Below, in pieces: positions 1 through 11,654 of a DNA stretch of 45,395 nucleotides (position 1 is its first letter; each line of letters opens with the position of its first letter). The notes under the pieces were generated by a model, which did not search any database, was not told the DNA's origin, and was given only the letters and a program-made list of their open reading frames with translations. Source of the stretch: Proteromonas lacertae (Eukaryota); NCBI GenBank assembly GCA_002245135.1, contig NGBS01000606.1:62001-107395 (forward strand), written 5' to 3'. A program made the translations under genes and the position numbers.

Positions 1-2456
1 ATTAGCAGAAGATGATGGAATTGATGATGATGATGATGATTGTCTTTGTGAAATGTTTAAACTAGGGATGGGTATTCTATTGTTATATCCAGTTTTATTA
101 TTTATTGGATTAAATATTGGTGGAGGTATTGGCTTCTTATGTAAGTTTCTTGAATCAGTTTTTTTACTATCTTTCTTTGTGGCATTTGGATAGAATGATG
201 CTGGATTTACTACTTCTGTAGTATTTGCTGTTGTAGTTGTAGTTGTTTGTTCTAAATTTGGTTGTACAATTTGAGATGGTGTTAGTGTTGGAGTGGCAAA
301 CTGTTGTTGTTGTTGTTGTTGTTGTTGTTGTGGAGATGTTGTTTGTACTTTGGGTGAAACACTTTGTGGAACGATATTAACAGAAGGAATGAATGGCAAT
401 GGAGGTGGTGGAACATGATTCTTAAATTTTGTATTTGTTCTAACTGAGGATTTTGATAATGGAGGTTGTTGTTGTTGAGGTTGTTTTTCAGTTGTACGAG
501 ATGGAAGAATAGGAGATGGACTTGGGAAAAATTTATGAGTAGCATTAGTTGTAGGATTTGGTGTAGTAGACAATGAAGAAGAGGATGTATTAACAGGTAT
601 TGGAGTGGCTACTTGAGAATTTGGCTGACTTATAACTATTGGTTTCTTGGTGAATGGATTAATGGTTGGTTTTGGAGCATTTGTTGAAAATGGAGATGCT
701 ATTGTAGCTGGAGCTTTTGCTGTTGTTGAACTGTATTTCTGCTTCTGTTGTTGTTGTAGTTGTTGAAATGGTGTTGGAGGTGGAGCGTTTGGAAATGGAG
801 TATTAGCAGATCCATTCATTCTAATAAATAAAAATATAATACAATATTATATATACGGAGTATTACTTGTATCTAATACATTACCACTGTTTATTAATGC
901 ACCTGGTTGTACAACTTCACCATCATTAGTTGTTATAACAGTTGGAAAAGATGTTTCTACTGTTACAGTGTTACGAATAATTGGTGGTGATGAGAATATT
1001 GATTCAGCATCAGGTTCTTTAGCAGGAGGAAATAATGTTGGAGGAGGAGGAGGTGGGATATTAGAAGTATTGATAGGTTCTTCTGTTTTATTTGGAATTG
1101 ATGGTGAATTATTTAAATTGGTAGGAAAACTTAAACTATCAATAACACAAGGAGGAGGCTGATTCTGATTTAGCAATTTCTGATAAACTAATTACTTTTG
1201 TAGTAGTAGTTGTTGTTGTAGAAGGTGGTGGTTTATCGAATATACTTGCTAGTATTATCATCATCAGCAAGGGGAGATTTACCAAATAAATCATTACTAT
1301 TGGAGGATTGAAATAATGTGTCTGGCGGTGGTGGTGGTGATAGTGATGTGTTATTATCCTTATTTTGATTGGAATAATGATTATTATTATCAAATTCGCT
1401 AATTAGTGGAGAAGGTGGAAAATCTAAAGATGATTGTTTAAATAAATCAACTGGTGGTGGTGGAGGTAAGAGTTTTGATTCTGATTTGGGTTTATTATCT
1501 TCTTGAATATTGTTATTGTACACGGTTGATTCTTGCTTTTCTTCACCATTATGTTGTTCTGTTGATGTATTATTTGTGACTTGTAATGTGGAATTATTCT
1601 CTACACTCTCATTCTCTTTTACTTCTACTTTTTCTTCATTACTAACTGGTTTTTCTTCTACTGGAATTGTTGGAGGAGAATAAACATCCTCTTCTTCTCC
1701 TTTTTCTTCTTCATTTCTAATTGGTTCTTCTACAGTTGATATTGGAATAACTGGATGAGGTGGAGGAGGAGGTAAAGTAGAATAAACATCATCCTCTCCT
1801 TCTCTTTTTTCTTCTTCATTTCTAATTGGTTTTTCTTCTACTGAAATAACTGGAGGAGGTGGAGGAGGTGGCAAATTTGAATAAACATCATCTTCTTCTC
1901 CTTTTTCTTCTTTTACATTTTCATTGCCATTATCATTACTTTCTTCAGTAACACCTATTGGTATTGATGGTGGTGGAGGCGGTGGTGGTAATGAAGAATA
2001 TACATCTTCTTCTGTTTGTTCCTTTTCACCTTCATTTTGCATCTCAGTTGGAGGTGGAGGAGGAGGTGGTGAGGAGGATGCAAGAGGCTGTTCAGAAATA
2101 GATTCACCAGTTTCATATTGCATAAGATCAGGATCAATGGCAGGGCTAGTAGTTACAGTAGTATTTAGATTTTCATTGTTATTACTTGAACTAATTACAG
2201 GTGGAGCTGCATAAATAGCTGTTATAACTTTTGCTTTCTTGATAGGCTTGTTCTTCTTCTATAATTTATTAATTTTTATTTATATACTTGTGCATTTAAT
2301 GCAGTTGCAGGATTAAACAAAAATTGTGGTAAATTAGGTTGTACTTCTTGTGGATCCTATAAGAAGATATAAGAAATTTGTTCCATTTGAATAAAAAAGC
2401 AAATTACAAAAGAAAATATATTTAAGATAATATCATACATTATTTGGATTAGACAT
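1..2456 (-). CDS. Large Pro/Gln/Ser-rich low-complexity protein, 3'-partial (runs off the window), function unknown
   Basis: ATG at 2456 (MSNPNN), GTAT..TAG introns at 2438-2357, 2287-2259 and 856-821. These join ORFs 1233..2123, part of 1139..1393 and 847..1176, and the frame stays open to position 1. Two apparent +1 insertions (~1246 and ~1170) are needed to keep frame. Confidence 0.7.
1630..2012 (-). repeat. Four coding tandem repeats of E(E/D)DVYSx(L)PPP..., the last three ending in (K)P(I/V)xNEE
   Basis: Visible in ORF 1233..2123: EEDVYSSLPPPPPPP, EDDVYSNLPPPPPPP, EDDVYSTLPPPPPHP, EEDVYSPP; the nucleotide repeats are also recognisable. Confidence 0.85.
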
Positions 2457-2575
2457 TTAAGCTCCTAAAGCATCCACAGAGTCAAAAAAACGATTATAAT
2501 TGTCTTTCAAAAAAGACACTGTATTAGACTGTACTATACTGTACAGAATTCAATTTTTAAGTCGTTTTTCAATAG
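2457..2575. promoter_or_regulatory. 119-bp divergent (bidirectional) promoter region containing three ACTGTA hexamers at 10-bp spacing
   Basis: Head-to-head ATGs at 2456 (-) and 2576 (+); cACTGTAtta gACTGTActa tACTGTAcag at 2517-2546. Confidence 0.55.
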
Positions 2576-5284
2576 ATGAGTCTTTTTCAAGCAAAAGAAT
2601 GGTGGGGAACTAAGATTCAAAATGAAGAGTTTGATCAAGGATGTATGGTTATTTGTAATATAGATGGTGATCCAAGTAATAAACGTATTATTTTTAGCAT
2701 TAGCATGTAGCAAAAATTATTATTGGTAGTTTGCAAGGTATTCTGAGAATTTTTTGCCCTGCTGAACAGGGATATAAGGCAGAACATTCACTTCTTGAAC
2801 AGAATCTAGGAGAAACCTATTCTGCAACTTGCTGTAGGCAATTTTGTACCGTATATATATATATCATTATAATCATGTTTAATAGCAATTTCCCCAAAAT
2901 TACGTTAGCTGTACTACATCCGATGGAACTAGCAGTTTACAAAGTAAATTCAGTAGAAGGGCTCCTATTTAGAATTGTCACTAAGTTACAAACATCAATT
3001 AGGTGTTGGTGGTCTTCATTTCACCTCAGGTAATATGTGTTATGGTCCATTTGGTAATTCAACAGGTAAAGACTCATTTTGTATACAAGGAATGGATGGA
3101 CAATTGATGTTTTATGAACAAGATCACTTTTCATTTTCAAGACAATTAGAAAAAACATTAGTTCCTGGTCCAATCATTTATATTCCAAAAATAGATTCGT
3201 TTATCACTTGTGCAAGTGATATGTTTATAGTCAGTTACAAATATCAAGCAATGGCTAGTGCAGATGATGAGAGAAAAGAAGTGAAAAGTGGTTTAAGTAC
3301 AGCCAAAAGACTAATGTATGATTGGTTAATAAACATTGGTGAAGTTGCATTAGATATAAAATATGGTAGATTCTCCTCCTCTTTAACATCTAATCAATTA
3401 GATATTATCGTATTAGGCGAGCATACTTTATTCTGTTTAAAAGAAACTGGTGGAATTAGATTTCAAAAGAGATTAGATTATTTTCCAAGTGCAATTATTC
3501 CATATCAAAGAAATGTTAATGCTGAAGATCAAGGTGGTTCTATTGATAATATTATTGTAACAAGTAATGAGAATAATCTATTATACATATATAATGATTC
3601 TAGATTGGTATGGAGTAGTAAGATATTAGGCAATTCTCCAGTATCTGTTGCTGTAGCTGAATTTGGAGGCTTGAAGGGTTTGATTTGTACATTAGATGAT
3701 GAAGGTAGTTTGAATATCCAATACCTTGGTACTGATCCTCCTAAGACAAATATTGGACAAGATAGTAGTAATAATAAACCAGTAAACTATGAACAAATAG
3801 ATAAAGAACATAAGAAATTAGTAGCCATTATAAGAAACTCACAAAATACAGTTCAAACTGAACCAAAAGATAAAATCAATTTGACATCACAAATACCAAG
3901 TGTATTAGACGAAGATAGTCCATTTAATGATGAGAATGGATTATTAGCAAAGACAAATACAGGACATATTGTACAAATAACGACTAGATTATTTATAACT
4001 TATACAGGTATAGGTTCAATAGAGAATGTTACTATTGGTGTATCAAATTCACCATTTTTAGTACCAAGTGAATCATCTATAAATATTCCTTATGTTCAAG
4101 GTGGTGCTAGTACTCCATTAACTTTAAATATTGTATTTAAGACAAGAGTCGATTATATCCCAAATGATTTAGCAATTTCTTATTCTGCTTGTTATACTAC
4201 TGATTCTAAAGAACCAAGATCTGTTATATTAAAGAAAACATTACCACTTTCAGTGATTTGCAGTGTTATCCCATATGTAACTAAAGCAAATTATAAATTT
4301 GATTTAATTACTACGAAACCAGCTGTTTCTTTAATGGATCTATTTCAAGAGATGTTTATTCAGCCAACTAATCCACCAGATGTAATGGAAACTATCTTAG
4401 CATCAGCTAAAAGTGTATTAACCTTCCAATATTATAATGGTGAAATCTGCACTGTAATTGTCTCAAAGAATGGTGGTAAATATAGAATACAATCATCTTC
4501 ATTACCTTGTCTTTGGCCTATCACTTATCAATTAACATCTAGATTAGAAGCTTATTATAAAACACATGAAAGTAATCAAGAAATATTGACATTTACTTAT
4601 CAAGATTTATTACCATTAGGAGATTACTTCTCTGTTATTGATTTGCATTTTACTGCAAGATCAGAATTGACAAAGTTGAATAATGAATTGAATGATAGAT
4701 CTCATCAATTTAGAGCTATTCAGAAGAGATTATTGATACGCTATAAGACTAGAACTCCAACTCCTCTTAATAATTTGGATAAATTATTATATACTACATT
4801 TGATCGGTTGATAGACTTAGCAGGAAAAATCAAAGAAACTCAAGCCAAGCTTAAGAAATTATCATTAGAATTGTCATCTGCAACTAATTTGCTGTTGTAT
4901 CTAATCAAATGGAGATATTCATTAGATGAACAATCTTTTGCTGTTTTATCATCTCATTTATCACCTAAAGTAGAAGATCACACCAATTGTGGTTGGGAAG
5001 AAGCTACTGATGCTGCTGTTACCTATCTTCTTAAGACAGCTCTAGCAAAGAATGCAAAGGAATTCGCTACAATGAATCAGGATATGGATATTATGGAAGA
5101 TACAACCAGATTGAGAAAACATATTAAGATGTTATGTGAAAGACTGTCCAAAGGATGCTCATTGGTTATTCCACAAGGTAGTATTTCTTCACCATCTCAT
5201 CAACAGCAAGTGGTTGTTAATCAGAGTGAAAATCCAATTCCTATTGTAGAGAAGATAAATCCATCTCAAAATGACACTAAATAG
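2576..5284 (+). CDS. BBS9: BBSome subunit BBS9/PTHB1
   Basis: N-terminus MSLFQAKEWW...EEFDQGC; motifs IIIGSLQGILRIF, NMCYGPFG, CIQGMDGQLMFYEQ, QYLGTDP, QFRAIQKRLLIRYK, GWEE. Introns at 2685-2710 and 2851-2885. Two apparent extra bases (A at ~2813-2815, G at ~2959-2961) restore PILQLAVGNFV and SYLELSLSYKH. Confidence 0.95.
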
Positions 5285-5379
5285 GCATTTTATTATATTT
5301 TATTATTTCTATTTCTTATTATCTTATGTGTGTAGATTAAAAACTGATTAATTCCTAAATAGACTTGATTACTGTTTGA

Positions 5380-6630
5380 ATGAAAAAGTTTAGTTTTAGA
5401 AATAACAGCAAGAGCAAGTCGATACAGCAAACACCTGCTTCTATATGGGATAAATGCGTTGTAAAACTCAGAACACCAAATCTACCAATTCATGAGTTTA
5501 CTTCTGTAATATCACAGTTAAATTCTATTAATTTCCCTCGTAATCAGAGAATAATAACTCAGCAAGATGCATTTGATTTAATTTTTAGAATATCACAGCA
5601 ATCTCAAACTTCAGATGTTGAGTTATGTACAAATATATGTAGATTATGTATGACATTATTCCTTAAAGTGCATGTAAAACCTCAAGGTGAAAAGCTTCCA
5701 ACAATAACAAGATATTTTCTTAATATGATTAAAAACCTGTTATCCTATAAAGCTGAGCCAATGAAAGTATTAGGTCAATTGCTATTTACATCTGGTAAAC
5801 ATTTATCTGATTTATATGATGAAATAATCAATCTATTATTACAATATACAACTCCAACAAATCCAGATTTCCAACTTCGAGAAACTGCTTTAATGTGTTG
5901 TATGACTTTCACTTCCCATGTTTCTAACTATTTAAACTATACACCAATTATTACTACATTTTTAGATGTATTTAAATCATTTGATTATACAAGTATATTA
6001 TCACAAGATGTAGCTAAAGTATATATATAATCAGAATTATATGATATTAATAGATGATTTCTCATGCTTGTTTAGGCTTTCATTCATTAGCAATACAAAT
6101 CCAACCAAAAGCAGCATCTAAAGATGTATACAAAGTATCAAGAGGTGTTGTCTTAAGAGAAGAAATCAAAGCAATCAATGAACAGTTACTACCATTAGTT
6201 CCAGAGATAATCAAATATATAATCAAATATAAATACATCTATTATGATGCAGAGAAAATAAAGCAATACAATACAGCAATTGAGCCAAATAAATCAGTAT
6301 TAGAAAAAGAGTATAGAATATTTCTTTTACAATTTTTACTATTATGATTTTTATAGACTTCAAGATGCAGTTCGAGTTAGAAAACATGCAGCAATGTGTT
6401 TACAAGTGTTATTTCCATTAGAACCATTACAATTACAAACATACTGGTCAGATCTTTTACCTTATAATAATTTTTTAATAGTAAATACAACCACTTATTC
6501 ATTATTGTGGTTATTGAAATATGATCCTGTTACAGATGAATTTGGTCAGTTTATTAGATTAATACAGATTATATTTACTCATTTGAAATTACCTATTCTA
6601 TTAATGAACTTTAAAGTCCCAACAAATGTA

Positions 6631-6663
<33 letters not shown>

Positions 6664-7544
6664 CAAATAGATTTATTCAAGTTCAAAGACTGACAATATA
6701 TATTATATGATATTAAATGTTCATAAACAATTAACAGAATTATTCACAAAAAATTTAAACTATAAAGAAATTATTTCACCATTGTTATTATGTTTTAAGA
6801 CATTTATGGAACAGAAAGTGCCTTACAATAAAATAGATGCAAAGAAATCACTCTCAGGTAGTAAAACTAACAATTATCAACACTTAATGGATATGCTTAC
6901 AACTAGTTATAAAGTATTTGATACAAATGAATCTGATGTTTTTTTAAATGCCTATTTCTTTTGGAAAATTGTATATACATCAGAATATAATCAAATAATA
7001 ATTGATTTGTTTTTAAAAAGTAATTCTAGGTATTGTATTCCCAACAAATTGATTGAAAGGATAGGAAACTGGAGAATGAAGAGCAGACAATTGAATGAAA
7101 ACTTAAAGAAAAATGAAAAGAAAATAGTTATTCGTTCTATTGATCATTTAGCTGTAATTTTCAAGAATTATTCTTCAATAATTGAGTATATTTATAATAT
7201 AATATATTATCTGCAATAGAGAATATTTTGAGACAATTTATAGCTTATTACAAATCAATCTATTTTCATCTGGAGATAGAGAATTAATTCCTCATTCAAT
7301 TGGGATTGTTGCAGCTTTTTATCAATCTAAAGAAAATGTATAATAATAATAATAATTACTATATATATATATATAGTTTTCGTTATATGCAATTCCAGAG
7401 AATAGTAAAAAGACAATAAAAGGAAGTGTAATTCAATTATTAGGTTATATAATATCATCACTTGGTTTAGTATCATCTGAAGCAAGAAAAGCAGCTGTTG
7501 GTGTATTTAATTGCTTCTCTAATCTAGACTACAATAATCTATCA

Positions 7545-7589
<45 letters not shown>

Positions 7590-8527
7590 TAATGACTTTA
7601 TAGGAAGCAAATAGAAAAACGTTAATCAATTATATATTAGCTTTAATAGATGATAATGATATAGAAATAAGGTATTTATCATTTCAAACACTATCATCTT
7701 TAATACAAAGAGTTTATCCTGAAGTATTCTATGAGATTATATATACTACATTATTTAACAAATTAAAAATAGAGAGTATAGCTACTAATGAAAGATTGTT
7801 GTATTGTTTGTCATATACAATTGGTACACTTTTAATCGTTTTGAAACAAACTAATTATACAAATATGAATTATATAACACATGATTTATATGATATATTA
7901 ATGAAATATAAGAATATCGGATCTGATATAAGATGCTATATTGGTTTATTCTTCACATCTTTTTTAAAAAGAGAAGAAAAAATATGTTTAATAGAGAATA
8001 TTATTCCACTAATCCATAACGATTATCAATCAAAGAAATTGATAATAATGTTAAAAGATATTTATTTTTTATTATCAAATATGACTGAAGAAGAAATAAT
8101 TATTTATAAAAACAGTTTATACAAAATATTTCTTCAATTCAATGATATAATCAGTAAAACCAAAATAATAGATATAGAGATTTATTGTTTTAAATGTTTA
8201 TCTTTAGTCAGATTTACAGAAACATTACCTTCAGAATATGGAAGAATATGCTATTTAAATTGTTTATTGGCATTAAATAAGATATATACTCTTAAACCAA
8301 CAGAAAGAGAGAAGTATTCAGAGAAAATTAATTCGTTATTAGAAATACTATCTATTTATACAATAGAATTGACAAAGCATATTGAAGAGAATGATTTTAA
8401 TGAATTATCAAAGGATTATCTTCATATTTTAGCAGAGTGGATTAATAAAATGAGAGAAGAAGAGAATTCAGAGGAGATGAATGATTTAGATATATTTTTG
8501 CAGAGAATAGTGGCATTATCTACTTAA
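5380..8527 (+). CDS. HEAT/ARM-repeat protein, HEATR6 (DUF4042)-like
   Basis: Six GTAT..TAG introns (6019-6053, 6311-6356, 6628-6670, ~7186-7219, ~7338-7376, 7545-7603) join ORFs 5380, 6054, 6394, 6707 and 7796 into one frame. RVRKHAAMCLQVLF...YWSDLLP...SLLWLLKYDP resembles the HEATR6 DUF4042 motif. Confidence 0.65.
6631..6663. repeat. (TAT)n microsatellite inside intron 6628-6670
   Basis: Direct reading; explains the spurious poly-Tyr in ORF 6394..6693. Confidence 0.95.
7546..7584. repeat. (TA)n microsatellite starting at the donor of intron 7545-7603
   Basis: Direct reading. Confidence 0.95.
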
Positions 8528-8963
8528 TCAAAAGATATTATTCGTTATATTTTCTATTTTTGTATGTTTTATCCAACGCTATTATTGATATATAATATTA
8601 TAATTCACTATAAAATTTTTAAACATGAATTCTTACGTGAATGATATTAAAAGCTTAATTTTATTATCAGATATTTTAGCATTTTTGGTTGCTTTATTTT
8701 TTATATAAATAAAGTATATTAAAATTCCATAAGAACATCTCATTTCTGCCGAATTGCTTTATTCCTCTTATTTATCCTTCAAATTAGAATTAGAAACATT
8801 TTTAGAAGAAAGGAAAGAATTATCAAAAGAATTCTTCAATATAAAAACAAACAAATGAAGCAAATAGAACTATATTATTTATTGTAAATAATATATATTA
8901 AAACAGTAATTCTAATTATAAATGTAGTGTCTAAATAAGTCAAAGACTGATTTATTCTAACTG

Positions 8964-10470
8964 TTAATATACCATATATTCTATAAAAATAAATATAAAA
9001 AAACATATAAATACGATCATTTAAGTATCTAGGTGGACTAATTGCTGTAGGTTGTTGTTGATAAATCATTGACTCTCCTATTTCACACGGTCTATAAAAA
9101 CCTTCAGTAAACATCGGTTGCTGTTGTCGCGGATAATGTTGCATTCTCATCACATTCATCATCTGTGTATTATTCTCATCATATCCATCATGTGGCGATT
9201 GAGATGGTCTTTTATAATAATAATCATTAGAATAACCTGAAGAATATGATCTTGGCATAATGTCTACCATTTGTTGTTGTTGTTGTTGTTGTTGTGAATA
9301 TACTATATTTGGCTGTGTTTGCGGTAGAGAAGGTGGTGGTGGTGGTGGTGGATGTTGAATTGGAAAAGCAACTGTGGTTGGTGATGTTGCACTAGCTGGT
9401 GAAATATTTAAATTATTCATTTGATAATTAATCATATCAATAGGATCCATAATCACTGAGACATTTGGATTGTGTAAATATTGTTGTTGTTGATGTTGAT
9501 GTTGTTGTTGATTTGGTTGTATTTGAGCTAAGTGTTGTTGCATTTGCGATGATAACTGAATATATGGATAAGATCTTCTAAATGCAGTTTCATCTATTAT
9601 TGAAACTGGTGGTGGTGTATTTGGTTCACTCAATTTGCTATGCAACTCTTTATAACTATATAAATAATAATTAAGAGATTAATATACTGCTTAGTCTCTT
9701 TTTTTGGTATTGCTTCTTTCACTTCTACTTCTTTATTGTCAATGAAATGTAATCTGGTCTTTAATACCTTTTCAGCAACTTTTTTGTCTTCAAATATCAC
9801 AAATCCAAATCCTCTGCTTTTATTAGTGTCTTTATTTACCATAATCTGATAACTTGATAATTTTCCGAATTTAGAGAAATAGTCATATAAAGATTGATCG
9901 TTACTATCATAGTGTAAACCACCTACGAAGATTTTAGTCGTTCTTAATGGACCGGTAAATACTAATTAGCAACATAATATAATTAACATTAGAAAATAAT
10001 TAACAGCAGAAAATAATTAACAGTATAGCATAGATATAAATAAAGTCATAATAAGCGATATTAATAGTGTATAGGTTTATAGAATGTATAAATACTTGGA
10101 GCACAGGGATAAGAGTCTGATTCTTTCGGTATAGCAGCTTTTACTTCACACTAATACAATATATGCATATTATTATATACAACTTTACCATTAATAGTGT
10201 GCGGAGTATTGTCTATGGCTTTAGCTGCGGATTGAGACTCAGCAAAAATACAAAACCCAAATCCTCTTGATCCTCCGGTGTTAGGATCTCTCATTACAAT
10301 AACACTTTTAATCTCTCCGAATTGCTCGAAGTATTTCTTTAAATCCTCTACTAATGAAACGAATAATAATACCTTCTGTTGTTGTTGCAGTTATACCTCC
10401 AACAAATATCTTACTAAACATAAAAATGAATAGGAACATACTCTGTCCTTGCAATGGGCTGTTGATCCAT
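8964..10470 (-). CDS. Two-RRM RNA-binding protein (Musashi/DAZAP1/hnRNP A-like) with a Q/P-rich C-terminal tail
   Basis: Spliced: KIFVGGI...SRGFGFCIF...HTINGKVCEVKAAIPK and KIFVGGL...SRGFGFVIF...HFIDNKEVEVKEAIPK; six GTAT..TAG introns; stop TAA at 8966-8964. Confidence 0.9.
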
Positions 10471-10806
10471 GTTATACACTTTATAATCTGTCGTTGAATA
10501 AATAATAATATAAAATAAGCTAATTTCACTAAATGGACTGAGTTTATAAGAATTTAAAGAGTGTAATTCTTATAAAAATACAAAATGTAATGATTTAGAA
10601 TAACCGATTTTAAAATTCTTTTTTATTCTATTTCTCATTAACTACCTTGCATTGGTAGTAACTGAACATTGTAATTATTTATTGCTAATCGATACAACAT
10701 ATAGTCTACTCTTTAATCTCGCAGAAATTTAGGATTAAATACATGTGTCGATTAAGTGATTACTATAGATTTGACCCCCAAAATACACTTAATAAAATAT
10801 GTAGTT

Positions 10807-11422
10807 CTAAATATCAACAATTACATACAAATCAGCCCTAACTCCTTCTTGGTGAATCTATTACAATTAACATATACTTATACTTGCATATTCGAATATG
10901 TTATCGCTTTAACCTCAGTACCTTGAGGATGTTTACTAAGAGAGAACTTTTCACCGAATCCCTTAGCTAATATTGTGAAAGTATCTTTATTGAACTCGTC
11001 TATGTGTATATCTGTGCAGATATAATCTTCAGTAGTAAAAACGGCTAAAAATTCATCTAAAAAAGAAAAAAGAAGACTTTCTAAATCATGACCATTGGCT
11101 GTGATTGTTACAGGAGGAATTGATTTATCTATATCAACGTGTTCTATTTCTGTCATTATTCTAATAATGACAAATACACAATATATCAAATACCCGAATA
11201 AAGCTCTTGCACACTGTTCAAAAGCCTGTTCAAGAGTGTCTCCCCCTATTTAAATATAATTATGTGATATTCTTATACATGAATGAATTTGAATATCGGC
11301 TGTATTATCAAGATCTACGAAGTTAAACTACAATTTATACACTCATAATCAATTTTCCTATCCTTTGATGTTCTAATAGATCGAATAATTTATTCCAAAT
11401 ACTTTTCAAACAAACTATCCAT
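10807..11422 (-). CDS. ZBTB8OS: Archease (RtcB tRNA-ligase activator)
   Basis: Five GTAT..TAG introns give YEYLDNTADIQIHSWGDTLEQAFEQ...GHDLESLLFSFLDEFL...GEKFSLSKHPQGTEVKAITYSNMQ...LYVIVDI*, with the conserved C-terminus. Confidence 0.93.
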
Positions 11423-11654
11423 TGATAGAGTATCTACATTCTTTGTATAAGTGTTTATATTATTCTCATCTCTTAAACAATATTAAAAAGTGATACTTAT
11501 TATCTTGACCAAAATTTCTTTGTTTTCTTTGCCTTCTAGGCAGAGCAATTGACATTTCTTTTATTTCTGGTTATACAAAACTTATTTTTCCGAAGCACCA
11601 ATTTGAATTTAAAACCGTTTAAATTAGTTTTTGAAATTTGTAGAGAGGACAAAA

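Noticed and set aside
2357..2386. ATG at 2386 followed by a 27-nt GA-AG intron
   Set aside because: An upstream ATG (2456) with a canonical GTATGA donor at 2438 uses the same acceptor in frame.
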